Assembly: GCA_947304365.1 (NCBI GenBank)
Contig: CAMZAY010000001.1
Span: 1 to 30,037 of the forward strand
Source: an uncultured Clostridia bacterium
GTDB taxonomy: Bacteria > Bacillota > Clostridia > Christensenellales > CAG-138
Direction: 5' to 3'
Length of the DNA: 30,037 bases
The position numbers and the translations under genes were made by a program. This document shows, in pieces, positions 7,834-17,582 of this stretch (within the stretch, counting starts at the first letter, position 1; each line of letters starts with the position of its first letter). A model generated the notes under the pieces. The model did not search any database and was not told the origin of the DNA. It saw nothing but the letters and a program-made list of their open reading frames with translations.

Positions 7834-8685
7834 TCAGTTTAAATTCAAAAGTATCAGCGCGGCGACTATCATAATAAAGCCGATCACCTTGCGGACGCTC
7901 AGTTTTTCCTTGAACATAAGTATCCCGGCGAGGCTTATGAGCACTATCGCGCCGACGTTGTAGATGGGGTAAACGACGACCGCCTCGAGCGAGCCGAGGG
8001 ACAGGAGCAAAAAGCGCGTTGCAAAATAGTTCGGCACGCCGATCACTATGCCGAATACGATATCCTTCCAGGTGATCCTTTTGTGCGTTATCGCCGTCAT
8101 TATCCCGGCAAGCGTGAACGCGGTGAGGAAATTGCAGAGCAGGAAATGATCCTTTATCGAGGAAACGCCGACCTTATCGTAGATATTCGCCATGGATTCG
8201 GTAAGGCCGCTGACCAGCAGGAGCAGGAGCAGCAGCAGGAACACGCCGGAGCGCTTCGAGCCGCCGGCCTTGCCCGGTTCGAGATAGATCAGCACGATAG
8301 CGGCGACGGCTATAACGAAGCCGATAATGTGAAGCACGGTCGGCTTTTCGCCGAAGGCGGCGACGGCCATCACAGCGGGCACGAGCACGCCGAGCTTCAT
8401 GAAAACGGAGGAGAGCATCACCCCGTTTTTGCTTATGTTATGCTTCATAAGCATGAAGCTCAAAAGATACAGGCAGCCGCTCCCCAGGCCGAGGCAGACG
8501 GCGAAAGTCATCCCCTCCTGCGGGGCGAAGGGGCGCTTGTCCTCCATGAACAGGAAGGCGATAAGCGAGCAAACGAAATAGTTTGCCATGAACATCGCGA
8601 AATTGTTTTTGATATGCTTTTCGCCGAGGCGCATTATTATCGCCACGGCGGAGCTTGCGAGCACCGCGAGTATGAGATACAGCAT
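7834..8685 (-). CDS. EamA/DMT superfamily transporter
   Basis: 283 aa with about 10 TM segments in two repeats. C-terminal motif GILMFKEKLSVRKVIG. Confidence 0.8.
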   Translation of the reverse strand: MLYLILAVLASSAVAIIMRLGEKHIKNNFAMFMANYFVCSLIAFLFMEDKRPFAPQEGMTFAVCLGLGSGCLYLLSFMLMKHNISKNGVMLSSVFMKLGVLVPAVMAVAAFGEKPTVLHIIGFVIAVAAIVLIYLEPGKAGGSKRSGVFLLLLLLLLVSGLTESMANIYDKVGVSSIKDHFLLCNFLTAFTLAGIMTAITHKRITWKDIVFGIVIGVPNYFATRFLLLSLGSLEAVVVYPIYNVGAIVLISLAGILMFKEKLSVRKVIGFIMIVAALILLNLN

Positions 8686-8688
8686 CGT

Positions 8689-9681
8689 TTATCCTTCTCC
8701 CTCCGCAGGCGGTTCCGCCGGGAACAGCGCCTCAAACAGCCGCTTGGAGAGCTGCTTTATGTCGTTGACGCCGTGCATGGCGTCGTTGTAATACGGGCGG
8801 CTGATCGCGTTGCTCTTTACGACGACGTACCCCTCGTACGGGTTGACGGTGAAATAGTAATCGCTCTTGATATCCTCGCTCTTTATGAGGAAGAAAACGC
8901 ATCTTTCGCCGACCTCGAAGCTGACGGCGGGATGCACGTCCACGGTCTTCGGGGTAAGATCCACAGCGTTTATCACGGGACGGGCGTTGTAGGGCGAAAG
9001 CACTATATCGAGCTTGTCGCCGCAGCGGAAGCTGCCGAAGAGCCCGTTCTCCACACGGACCCTTAAGAACACCTGCTTCTGCGTTGAGAGCGTGCTCTCG
9101 CCGCCGTCGACGGAGCGGCAAAGGGTATCCTCCGGCCCGCTGGAATAGATCACGCGGCCGAGGAGTATCTCGTCGCAGGCGTTGGCAAGTGCGCCGAATT
9201 CGCCGTAGAAGAAGCTCTGCGAAGGCACGGTGAGTATCTTGCGCTGTTCCTCGATATCGCGTTTTATGCTGTCAATGGTGCAGACGGCGTTCCCGAACTC
9301 GGCGCTGCCGTTTATGATGGGCACGGGGTCGCCCGTAAGTATCACGCTGTTCTCCCCATCCGGGGCGATGTAAAGGAGGTATTTGCCGCCGAGCTCCGCT
9401 GAAGCGGCGATATCGAAGGTGGCCCCCTCCTCCGCCTGACCGTCGAGCACCTCGTCCGTACGGAATTTGGCGAGCGGCCTGCCCGCCTCCGGATCGGCCT
9501 TTCTAAGGCAGGTGGCTACAAGTATCTTCTCCGCGTCGCGGTAAAGGAGGCTGACCGAAGCGGGCGGGAGAGTATCCTCCTCTTTATCGGAGATCGCGTC
9601 GGGCAGACGCAAATCGACCGATACCGAAAACAGTATCAGCAGCGCAAGTATGGAAGCCAATATTATCCTTACGGGCTTCAT
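8689..9681 (-). CDS. Membrane-anchored or secreted hypothetical protein
   Basis: ATG at 9681 with a GGAGG RBS. N-terminal hydrophobic segment MKPVRIILASILALLILFSVSV. No family recognised. Confidence 0.75.
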   Translation of the reverse strand: MKPVRIILASILALLILFSVSVDLRLPDAISDKEEDTLPPASVSLLYRDAEKILVATCLRKADPEAGRPLAKFRTDEVLDGQAEEGATFDIAASAELGGKYLLYIAPDGENSVILTGDPVPIINGSAEFGNAVCTIDSIKRDIEEQRKILTVPSQSFFYGEFGALANACDEILLGRVIYSSGPEDTLCRSVDGGESTLSTQKQVFLRVRVENGLFGSFRCGDKLDIVLSPYNARPVINAVDLTPKTVDVHPAVSFEVGERCVFFLIKSEDIKSDYYFTVNPYEGYVVVKSNAISRPYYNDAMHGVNDIKQLSKRLFEALFPAEPPAEGEG

Positions 9682-9721
9682 GACGCCAACCTCCGAACGG
9701 GCATACCGCCCCAATTATTTA

Positions 9722-9750
9722 ATTATACCACCTCGCGCTGAAATATACAA
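9722..9750 (-). promoter_or_regulatory. Sigma-A promoter of the hypothetical-EamA operon
   Basis: TTGTAT-N17-TATAAT with extended TGn. Confidence 0.7.
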
Positions 9751-9782
9751 GCATTCAAAGCCGAAATCCGCGCTTTACGATG

Positions 9783-9811
9783 TTGCCTTGAGGCCGCGGC
9801 TGTGCTATAAT
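9783..9811 (+). promoter_or_regulatory. Sigma-A promoter of galK
   Basis: TTGCCT-N17-TATAAT with extended TGn. Confidence 0.72.
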
Positions 9812-9863
9812 ACGCGGGATATCGGAACGAAAGATATCCGTCCGATCGAAAGGAAATCTCAAT

Positions 9864-11051
9864 TTGAACGAATACGCACTTCGCGCAAGCGATCTTTTCA
9901 AGACCTGTTTCCGCAAAAGCCCCGAAACGGTGCTTTTTGCGCCCGGCAGGGTGAATCTTATCGGCGAGCACGTCGATTATAACGGCGGCAGGGTGATGCC
10001 CTGCTCCCTTTCCCTTGGCACTTACGCCGCCGCAGCAAGGCGAAACGACGGCGTTATCCGCCTTGTTTCCGTCGATATGGGCGGCGCAGCGGTCGAGACC
10101 ACTTCCGAGGAGCTTGCCTCCCTCCCCTGCGTGCCGCTCAGCTTCGCCCGCTTCGGTTGGGCGGAATACCCCCTCGGCGTGGCGGCAAAGCTTATCGAAA
10201 ACGGTTTCTGTATAGGCGGCTTCGAGATGGCCGTCTGCGGGAGTCTGCCCCGCGGATCGGGGCTTTCCTCCTCCGCTTCGCTGGAGGTGCTCACCTGCGC
10301 CGTTTTGAAGGAGCTGTTCTTCATCCGCCTGACCGGCGAACAGGCGGCGCTCATATCCCTCGCCGCCGAGCGTGACTGCGCCGGCGTTAACTGCGGCGTA
10401 ATGGACCAGTTCATCTGCGCGAAAGGCAGGAAGGATCACGCGATGCTGCTCGATACGCACACGCTCTCGAACGAGTATCTGCCCTTCGACCTTAAGGACG
10501 CCGAGCTGCTGATAATGAACACCAACAAGCCCCGTCGGCTTGCGGGATCCAAATACAACGAGCGCCGCGCCGAGTGCGAGGAGGCGCTCCGCCTGATCAA
10601 CGCCGCGGGGCTCGATAAAAAGCACCTCTGCGATATTACGGAGGAAGGGCTCGCTTTTATCGAGGGCGCTCTGCCCGAAACGCTCCGCCGCCGCGCGCGC
10701 CATGCCGTGACTGAAAACATCCGCACGCTCAAAGCAGCCGAGGCGCTGAAGACCGGCGATATCGTCACGCTCGGCAAGCTCATGAACGCCTCCCACGATT
10801 CGCTTAAAAACGATTACGAGGTCACCGGAAAAGAGCTCGATTCGATCGTTTACGCGGCAAGGGATCAGGAAGGCGTGCTTGGCGCAAGGATGACGGGCGC
10901 GGGCTTTGGCGGCTGCGCCATAGCGATAGTCAAAAAGGACGCCGCAAGGAGCGTTATCGAAAGCGTGACCGCCCGCTACAAGGCGGAAACTGGGTTGACC
11001 TGCTCCATTTACACCGCCAAAACGGGCGAAGCGCCCTTCGGAAAGGAATGA
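9864..11051 (+). CDS. galK: Galactokinase
   Basis: GRVNLIGEHVDYNGG signature, GHMP motif PRGSGLSSSAS, GVMDQF and GARMTGAGFGGC. TTG start. Confidence 0.93.
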   Translation: MNEYALRASDLFKTCFRKSPETVLFAPGRVNLIGEHVDYNGGRVMPCSLSLGTYAAAARRNDGVIRLVSVDMGGAAVETTSEELASLPCVPLSFARFGWAEYPLGVAAKLIENGFCIGGFEMAVCGSLPRGSGLSSSASLEVLTCAVLKELFFIRLTGEQAALISLAAERDCAGVNCGVMDQFICAKGRKDHAMLLDTHTLSNEYLPFDLKDAELLIMNTNKPRRLAGSKYNERRAECEEALRLINAAGLDKKHLCDITEEGLAFIEGALPETLRRRARHAVTENIRTLKAAEALKTGDIVTLGKLMNASHDSLKNDYEVTGKELDSIVYAARDQEGVLGARMTGAGFGGCAIAIVKKDAARSVIESVTARYKAETGLTCSIYTAKTGEAPFGKE

Positions 11052-12121
11052 GAGCTATGAAGAAGCTCGCCCTGCTGCTTGCCGCGCTGCTCCTGCTTTC
11101 CGCCGCCGGATGCGTATGGAGCGGTAAGGAAGCGGTCAAGCCGACAGACGCCCCCACCGGGGCGCCGACCCAGGCGCCGACCGACGCGCCCACACAAGCG
11201 CCGACCGATGCGCCCACTCCGGAGCCGTCCGAACCTGCCGGGCCGGATATCCCTGACGATATCTCGGATTACGCCATGGAGTGCATAACGAACGCCGACG
11301 CCTGTATGACGCAAGCGGTGGCATTTATTTCGAAGCATCCCATAGATATAGAGGGCGAAACTCACCCCTTTGTACCGCCCAACATGTTCGAGACCCTCAG
11401 CGAAGATGAGCTTGCCGTTTACACCGCGGCGCTCGGATCCGCTTCGAGCTTTACCGAGGTCGAGCTGGGCGAGCTGCCCGAGCGCACCGTGGATGCGGCG
11501 CTCAAAGCGCTGTATACCGACTATCCCGAGACGGAGACCTATTTCACGCTGGTACAGAGCGTCGACGGCGGCTGGTCGTCGCTTTTCTCAATGCCGGACG
11601 CGCGCTATGTCGAGCCGGCCGAGGATATGGACGCGCTTAAGGACGAGGTGTACGCGCTTGATCTGACTGCCCGCTATATCGCGAGCCTTATCCCGGAGTA
11701 TTTCTCCCCCATAGACAAATACCGCGCGCTCGCCTATTACATCTGCATTAACACGCAGTACGCGCACGTCGTGGGCGAGATACCCCGCTACGCGACGACG
11801 CCCTTCGGCGCGGTGATAAACGGCTACTCGATCTGCCAGGGATACGCCCTCGGCTTCGAATACCTGTGCCGCGCGGCGGATCTTGACTGCCGCCGCCTTA
11901 CCAACGGGCGGACCGACGACAACATGCATTATTGGGATATCGTTACGCTCGATCAGGGCACTTATTACGTGGACGTCACCTGGTCGGACAGCGGCTCGGT
12001 CACGTTCCGCAGCAACGAGTTTTTCGAGTGGTTCATGTTCCCCGCGGACAACCATCATCCCGCCTCCGACGGAACGACCACCACTGGCAACGCCCTTCCC
12101 AAATGGGAATGGTTCGTATGA
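11048..12121 (+). CDS. Lipoprotein with Pro/Thr linker and transglutaminase-like (Cys-His-Asp) domain
   Basis: Lipobox-like LSAAGC (start may be 11057), PTxA repeats, and ICQGYA...HYWD...YYVDVTW matching the Transglut_core triad pattern. Confidence 0.8.
   Translation: MRAMKKLALLLAALLLLSAAGCVWSGKEAVKPTDAPTGAPTQAPTDAPTQAPTDAPTPEPSEPAGPDIPDDISDYAMECITNADACMTQAVAFISKHPIDIEGETHPFVPPNMFETLSEDELAVYTAALGSASSFTEVELGELPERTVDAALKALYTDYPETETYFTLVQSVDGGWSSLFSMPDARYVEPAEDMDALKDEVYALDLTARYIASLIPEYFSPIDKYRALAYYICINTQYAHVVGEIPRYATTPFGAVINGYSICQGYALGFEYLCRAADLDCRRLTNGRTDDNMHYWDIVTLDQGTYYVDVTWSDSGSVTFRSNEFFEWFMFPADNHHPASDGTTTTGNALPKWEWFV
11141..11227 (+). repeat. Degenerate 12-nt coding tandem repeat (PTDA/PTQA)
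   Basis: Encodes PTDAPTGAPTQAPTDAPTQAPTDAPTPEP. Confidence 0.9.
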
Positions 12122-12133
12122 CGAAAATAACAA

Positions 12134-12165
12134 AAGAAGCATGATCCGAGTGGATCATGCTTCTT
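12134..12165. terminator. Bidirectional intrinsic terminator
   Basis: Perfect 14-bp stem AAGAAGCATGATCC-GAGT-GGATCATGCTTCTT flanked by A/T tracts, between convergent operons. Confidence 0.88.
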
Positions 12166-12175
12166 ATTTATTTTT

Positions 12176-12805
12176 TTACCCTTCTTTTTCCTTCAGCATA
12201 TCCTTCGTCTTCATGAGGCGGGTCAGGTTGCCGCGCTCGTTTTCGTCGAGCTTCATGGAGATATCGTGGATAGCGTCCTTGAGCTGAGGTATCATCACGT
12301 ACTCCAGCGCGTTGACGCGGCGGCGGGTCTTCTCGATCTCATCCGCAAGAAGATTACAGGTCTTCTCGACCTCTGCAAGCTCTATAAGCAGGGGCATGAG
12401 CTCCGAGAATTTCGCGACGGCGGCATCAAGCTCCGATGAAGTGCCGAGCACGCCGTAGGGCAGCCCGTGCGATTCGGTGGGAATGTAATTGAGGCGCGGC
12501 ACCTCCGTCGAGAGCACCTTTGTGCTTTCCACGCCTATCCTTGCGGCGGACGCGGGATAGCAGAGCGCCTCCTCCACAGCGGCGGCGCTCATCGTCGCCT
12601 TTGCGATGACGAAGCTTTGCATCGCCTCCGCCATGAGCTTTTCGACGCGCTCCCTCAATTCCTTGTTGCGGCGCACGTACGTGATGAAGCGGCGCACCGT
12701 TTCATCGCGCTTGTCTTTCATCAGCTTGTGTCCCCTCGTCGCGGTAACGAGCCTCTTTTTAAGGCGGCTCATTTCCATTCGGGTGGGCTTGTAAGATATA
12801 GCCAT
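12176..12805 (-). CDS. ntpD: V/A-type ATPase subunit D
   Basis: PTRMEMSRLKKRLVTATRGHKLMKDKRD and IEKTRRRVNALEYVMIP. Confidence 0.96.
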   Translation of the reverse strand: MAISYKPTRMEMSRLKKRLVTATRGHKLMKDKRDETVRRFITYVRRNKELRERVEKLMAEAMQSFVIAKATMSAAAVEEALCYPASAARIGVESTKVLSTEVPRLNYIPTESHGLPYGVLGTSSELDAAVAKFSELMPLLIELAEVEKTCNLLADEIEKTRRRVNALEYVMIPQLKDAIHDISMKLDENERGNLTRLMKTKDMLKEKEG

Positions 12806-12821
12806 GAGCTATGGCCTCCGT

Positions 12822-14204
12822 TTACTGCTCTTTCTTTTCGTAATACTTGTCGAGATATTCGTCGCGGATACGCCTCAGTTCCGACCTCGGAAGTATCCTC
12901 AAAAGCTCCCAGCCGATGTCGAGGGTCTCCTCCACGGAGCGGTTGGTGTAATACCCCTGGGAGATGTATTTCGCCTCGAACTCGTCGGAGAATTTGGCGT
13001 AGAGCTTATCCACGTCGGAAAGGGCGGCGTCGCCCAGTATGACGGCAAGCTCCTTCGCTTCCTTCCCGCGCGAGTATGCGGCGAAGAGCTGGTTCATCGT
13101 GTCGGCATGATCCTCACGAGTTTTTCCCTTGCCGATGCCCTTATCCTTCAAACGCGAGAGCGACGGCAGTACGTTTACGGGCGGGGTTATGCCCTTTCTG
13201 TTGAGCTCCCTTGAAAGGATTATCTGCCCCTCGGTTATGTAGCCGGTAAGGTCGGGGATCGGGTGGGTGATATCGTCCTCCGGCATGGAGAGTATCGGTA
13301 TCATGGTTATGGAGCCGGAGGAGCCCTTTATCCTGCCCGCGCGCTCATACATTGTGGCAAGGTCGGTATAAAGGTAGCCGGGATAACCGCGGCGGCCGGG
13401 GACCTCCTTGCGGGCGGCGGAGATCTCACGCAGGGCCTCCGCATAATTGGTGATATCCGTGATTATGACGAGCACGTGCATGCCGAGATCGTAAGCCAGA
13501 TACTCCGCGGCGGTTATCGCCATACGCGGGGTGGCTATACGCTCGATGGCGGGATCGTTCGCAAGATTGACGAACGTGACCGTCCTTTCGATCGCGCCGG
13601 TCTTTTTGAAATCGTTTATAAAGTAATCGGCTTCCTCGAACGTGATGCCGACGGCGGCGAACACGACGGCGAACGGATCGCTCGTGCCCCTGACCTTCGC
13701 CTGCCTCGCTATCTGCGCGGCGAACTGCGCATGGGGAAGACCGGAGCCGGAGAACACGGGCAGCTTCTGTCCGCGGACGAGCGTATTCAAGCCGTCGATC
13801 GCGGATACGCCGGTCTGTATGAACTCATTGGGATAATCCCTCGCGGCGGGATTCATCGGCGAGCCGTTGATATCCAGCATCTTTTCGGGGATGAGCGGCT
13901 CTCCCCCGTCCTTGGGGCGGCCCATGCCGTCGAATACTCGCCCGAGCATATCGGGCGCGACGGCGAGCTCTATGCTGTGGCCGAGGAATTTAGCGCGCGA
14001 GTCGGATATCTTCAAGCCCTGCGAGCCCTCGAAGAGCTGTACGAGCGCCTTCGACCCGTTCACCTCCAGCACCTTGCCGCGGCGGATATCGGAACCGTCG
14101 GTCCTTTTGATCTCGACGAGCTCGTCATATTTTACGCCGTCGACGCCGTCCACCATTACGAGCGGACCGACCACCTCTCGGATCGTTGTGTATTCCTTAC
14201 GCAT
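12822..14204 (-). CDS. ntpB: V/A-type ATPase subunit B
   Basis: [37 protein letters not shown] and [15 protein letters not shown]. Confidence 0.97.
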   Translation of the reverse strand: MRKEYTTIREVVGPLVMVDGVDGVKYDELVEIKRTDGSDIRRGKVLEVNGSKALVQLFEGSQGLKISDSRAKFLGHSIELAVAPDMLGRVFDGMGRPKDGGEPLIPEKMLDINGSPMNPAARDYPNEFIQTGVSAIDGLNTLVRGQKLPVFSGSGLPHAQFAAQIARQAKVRGTSDPFAVVFAAVGITFEEADYFINDFKKTGAIERTVTFVNLANDPAIERIATPRMAITAAEYLAYDLGMHVLVIITDITNYAEALREISAARKEVPGRRGYPGYLYTDLATMYERAGRIKGSSGSITMIPILSMPEDDITHPIPDLTGYITEGQIILSRELNRKGITPPVNVLPSLSRLKDKGIGKGKTREDHADTMNQLFAAYSRGKEAKELAVILGDAALSDVDKLYAKFSDEFEAKYISQGYYTNRSVEETLDIGWELLRILPRSELRRIRDEYLDKYYEKKEQ

Positions 14205-15975
14205 TTTCGTTACCCTCTGTCAATTTCCTGATCTCATTCGCGAGCTCTGCCGAAAGCTCCCTCGCGAGCTCCTTGTGATCCTTCTCCTGGCAGTATTTGA
14301 ACCTGCCGAGCTTCTCCCTGACGGGCAGCGCAGCGAGCCTGTCGAACGGCGCGCCTGCCTCGATAGCGGCGGCGCCCCTGTCATAGAACTCGAGCAGGAG
14401 CTTCAAAAGCGCGTGCTGCTTATCCGGGGAGGTATAGGTATCGGTCGCATTGAACGCGTTCTGATGGAGGTAGTCCTCGCGGATGCTCCTTGCGGTCTCG
14501 AGCTTCAAACGGTCGCGCTTCGAGAGCGCGTCGATGCCGACGAGAGATACGATCTCGGAAAGCTCGGCCTCCTCCTGCAGGAGGGTCATCGCCTTGGTGA
14601 CGCATTCGCCCCAATCCTCCGCGATGTTCGAATCGAACCACGACTCGAGCCTGTCGGTGTAGAGCGAGTAGCTCGAGAGCCAGTCAATCGCGGGGAAGTG
14701 CCTCGCGTAGGCGAGCTTTGCGGAAAGCCCCCAGAACACCTTGACGATGCGCAGCGTCGCCTGCGAGACGGGCTCCGAAATATCGCCGCCGGGAGGCGAT
14801 ACGGCGCCGATCGCGGAGATCGCGCCCTTTCTGCCCTCCGAACCGATGGTGAGCACCTGGCCCGCCCTCTCATAGAACTCGGCAAGGCGGCTCGAAAGAT
14901 AAGCGGGGTAGCCTTCCTCGCCGGGCATTTCCTCAAGACGGCCGCTCATTTCGCGGAGCGCCTCCGCCCAGCGGGATGTGGAATCCGCCATTATTGCGAC
15001 TTTATAGCCCATATCGCGGAAATACTCCGCGATCGTGATGCCCGTGTAAATGGACGCCTCACGCGCGGCGACGGGCATATCGGAGGTGTTCGCGATAAGC
15101 ACCGTGCGCTTCATCAGCGAGAGCCCCGTCCTCGGATCGACGAGCTCGGGGAACTCGGTAAGAACGTCCGTCATCTCGTTTCCGCGCTCGCCGCAGCCGA
15201 CGTAGACGATGATATCCGCGTCCGCCCATTTGGCGAGCTGGTGCTGAACGACCGTTTTGCCGCTGCCGAAGGGACCGGGGACAGCCGCGACGCCACCCTT
15301 TGCGATGGGGAAGAACGTGTCGATAACGCGCTGACCGGTGATCATCGGCTCATTGGGAGGGAGCTTTTCCTGATACGGTCTGCCCTTTCGGACGGGCCAT
15401 TTCTGCGCCATGGTAAGCTCCTCCTCGCCTTTTTCGCCCTCTATCACGGCGATGGCGTCGTGGATCTTATAGAGCCCTTCGGGAACGAGGCGCTTCAAAA
15501 CGCCCGCTTTTCCCGGGGGAACCATTATGTAGTGCTTGACAGCGCCGGTCTCCTGCACGAAGCCGAGCACGTCGCCGCCGACAAGCTTTTTGCCGACCTC
15601 TGCCGTCGGCTGGAAATTCCAGACCTTTTCGGGATCGAGCGCGGGGGCGGCAATGCCCCTGGTGATCCTTGAACCGGCGGACTCGAAAAGCACGTTCAAG
15701 GGCCTCTGGATACCGTCGTAAATGGACTCGATAAGTCCGGGGCCGAGCTCAACGGAGAGCGGCGCGCCCGTGGGATAAACAGGCTCGCCGGGACCGATGC
15801 CGCCCGTTTCCTCATAGACCTGTATGGAGGCTCTGTCGCCCCTTAATTCAATGACCTCGCCTATGAGCTCCTTTTCGGAAACGTGAACGACGTCGTACAT
15901 CTGCACGCCGCCCATGCCGTCCGCCGTGATGAGCGGACCGGCTACCTTGACGATGGTTCCGTGGTTCTGGGTCAT
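14197..15975 (-). CDS. ntpA: V/A-type ATPase catalytic subunit A
   Basis: P-loop [17 protein letters not shown] and [15 protein letters not shown] at 15975 follows GGAGG. Normal length, no intein. Confidence 0.97.
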   Translation of the reverse strand: MTQNHGTIVKVAGPLITADGMGGVQMYDVVHVSEKELIGEVIELRGDRASIQVYEETGGIGPGEPVYPTGAPLSVELGPGLIESIYDGIQRPLNVLFESAGSRITRGIAAPALDPEKVWNFQPTAEVGKKLVGGDVLGFVQETGAVKHYIMVPPGKAGVLKRLVPEGLYKIHDAIAVIEGEKGEEELTMAQKWPVRKGRPYQEKLPPNEPMITGQRVIDTFFPIAKGGVAAVPGPFGSGKTVVQHQLAKWADADIIVYVGCGERGNEMTDVLTEFPELVDPRTGLSLMKRTVLIANTSDMPVAAREASIYTGITIAEYFRDMGYKVAIMADSTSRWAEALREMSGRLEEMPGEEGYPAYLSSRLAEFYERAGQVLTIGSEGRKGAISAIGAVSPPGGDISEPVSQATLRIVKVFWGLSAKLAYARHFPAIDWLSSYSLYTDRLESWFDSNIAEDWGECVTKAMTLLQEEAELSEIVSLVGIDALSKRDRLKLETARSIREDYLHQNAFNATDTYTSPDKQHALLKLLLEFYDRGAAAIEAGAPFDRLAALPVREKLGRFKYCQEKDHKELARELSAELANEIRKLTEGNENA

Positions 15976-16123
15976 GGATATGTATCCTCCGTTAGTATTG
16001 TTCGTGGTTGGTGTTTTCCGCCCGGACGGCGGCGTGTGAGGCGCCTGAGCCTGCCCGCTCACACTCGTTCGGAAAGATGAAGCGTCCGAATCTTTAACGG
16101 CTGAAAGCCGTTAAGTTTATTTC

Positions 16124-16214
16124 CTTCCGCTTCCGGGACTTTTGCGGTTTCAGACGGCAAAGCCGCTTTTTTTCTTCCGCTTCGGGACTTTTGCGGTTTC
16201 AGACGGCAAAGCCG
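16124..16214. repeat. Near-perfect tandem duplication (42/41 nt) in the F-A intergenic spacer
   Basis: CTTCCGCTTC(C)GGGACTTTTGCGGTTTCAGACGGCAAAGCCG at 16124-16165 and 16174-16214, differing by one C. Confidence 0.92.
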
Positions 16215-16274
16215 GCTGAAATTTTCGCCTTCCCGCGGAAAAGCAAAATGTCCGGATCTTTAAAAGCGCAGCTT

Positions 16275-16586
16275 TTAAAGTAAAATGTCCGCCCCGATCG
16301 CTTTCTCGACGTTTTCCCTGACGCTGCGCATTGCGGCGCCGGTCGCGCCCCTGCTGTCGGGGATGGGGATTATCGCGGGGAACGCGCTTGACCTGTATTT
16401 TGAAACGGTCTGCGCGGCGGCCTCGAACACGGGCTCGGTTATGAATATCACCTTTGTGTTCCCGGCGGCGAGCTTATCGATCAGCTTGCCCGCGGCGTGC
16501 CCGTCGGTCTCGAAATACACGTCGAGCCCGGCGGCCCTGAAGAGCAGCACGGAATCCTTATCGCCTATCATTGCAATATCAGCCAT
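16275..16586 (-). CDS. ntpG: V/A-type ATPase subunit F (NtpG in Enterococcus naming)
   Basis: IAMIGDKDSVLLFRAAG...PAIIPIP...VEKAIGADI, at the expected operon position. Confidence 0.93.
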   Translation of the reverse strand: MADIAMIGDKDSVLLFRAAGLDVYFETDGHAAGKLIDKLAAGNTKVIFITEPVFEAAAQTVSKYRSSAFPAIIPIPDSRGATGAAMRSVRENVEKAIGADILL

Positions 16587-17568
16587 AAAGCGCCATGCTC
16601 CTTTCCTCTGTCACGGACGCGGGTATGCCGCTCCTTTTGGCGGTGGTTATGAGCCTTACGACCTCCGCCTCCCTTTCCCTTGCGAGGAGGTACCCCACGA
16701 TGGGCGCGGGGCTGTCGATATCCGATCTGTTCTCGGAGGCGAGCCCGATAAGGTACTCGTCCCTTGCCTTTTCGATGGGAGCGATGGCGCCCGACTTCAG
16801 ATACTCGCCGAACGCGGCGCGGATGCGCTCCTTGACTTCGCTCGTTTCAAGCGGATCCTTCAACAGGCCGGCGGCCTTCTCCTTTGAGTCGGCAAGCGCC
16901 TCGCGGAAGCGCTTGAGCTCCGCCGCGGAGTATTCGCCCGCGGGGAGGAGCCTTTCATCGGGGATCCCCCTTAGTATCGCGATAAGGTCCGTAAAATCGG
17001 CAAGCGCCGAAAAATACTTGTGCACAAAGGGATTTTTGAACCCCATTGCGTAGTTTAAATACGCGCCGTCAAGCTTTGCCGACACCGCCTGCGGGTCCTT
17101 TACATGATATGTCTCCACGTCGAGTTCCTCGAGCGCGGCTGCGATCGGTTTGGGCAGTATGGAATAATCGCCCTTTTTTACGGCGGCTTTGAGCTTTTCC
17201 CCGTCATAGATACCGCCGAAGCCGAGCTCCGCCTTATCGAGGTCCGCCCCCAAAAGGCGCAGCTTGTAAAGGAGCTTTACGTTGGTGATATCGTGCCGCA
17301 TGCGGAACACCCCGAGCACGGGAGCGAAGCGCTTCGGCATGAGCTCCTCCGTAACGGCGTATGCCTCGCCGAGCTCCGCGCGGATCATCGCCTCCGCCCT
17401 GTCGGGGTCGTCGGGATCGGCCTTCGCGCCGTAGCCGGACTCCGAGAGTATCTTCAGGCACTCCTCGTTATCCTTCGCGGCGGCAAGTCGGGAGACCGCC
17501 TCCTTCGTAAGGAGGCGCTTCTCAATGACGCGCAGTCTCGCTATGCTGTTTATAAGGCTTTCGGCCAT
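16579..17568 (-). CDS. ntpC: V/A-type ATPase subunit C
   Basis: N-terminal ARLRVIEKRLL and C-terminal PIVGYLLAREREAEVVR, at the expected operon position. Confidence 0.88.
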   Translation of the reverse strand: MAESLINSIARLRVIEKRLLTKEAVSRLAAAKDNEECLKILSESGYGAKADPDDPDRAEAMIRAELGEAYAVTEELMPKRFAPVLGVFRMRHDITNVKLLYKLRLLGADLDKAELGFGGIYDGEKLKAAVKKGDYSILPKPIAAALEELDVETYHVKDPQAVSAKLDGAYLNYAMGFKNPFVHKYFSALADFTDLIAILRGIPDERLLPAGEYSAAELKRFREALADSKEKAAGLLKDPLETSEVKERIRAAFGEYLKSGAIAPIEKARDEYLIGLASENRSDIDSPAPIVGYLLAREREAEVVRLITTAKRSGIPASVTEERSMALYG

Positions 17569-17582
17569 AGTTCACACCTTGA

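Noticed and set aside
9817-9839. GGATATC-N9-GATATCC inverted repeat in the galK leader as an operator
   Set aside because: It is a single 7-bp dyad, with no regulator gene nearby and no second copy seen.
13867-15672. 601-aa plus-strand ORF, and other long antisense or alternate-frame ORFs (e.g. 5364..6812, 6418..7734, 9723..10796, 13263..14231, 28446..29486)
   Set aside because: They shadow well-supported genes. High GC3 codon usage depletes stop codons in other frames, and the translations show no recognisable family.
14197-15975. Possible intein in ATPase subunit A
   Set aside because: The length (592 aa) is normal and the motifs are contiguous.
16124-16214. Repeat pair considered as a mini-CRISPR array, c-di-GMP-I riboswitch or coding repeat
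   Set aside because: There are only two copies with an 8-nt gap and no cas genes. The GCAAAGCC similarity lacks the rest of the riboswitch architecture. The 49-50 nt period is not a multiple of three.
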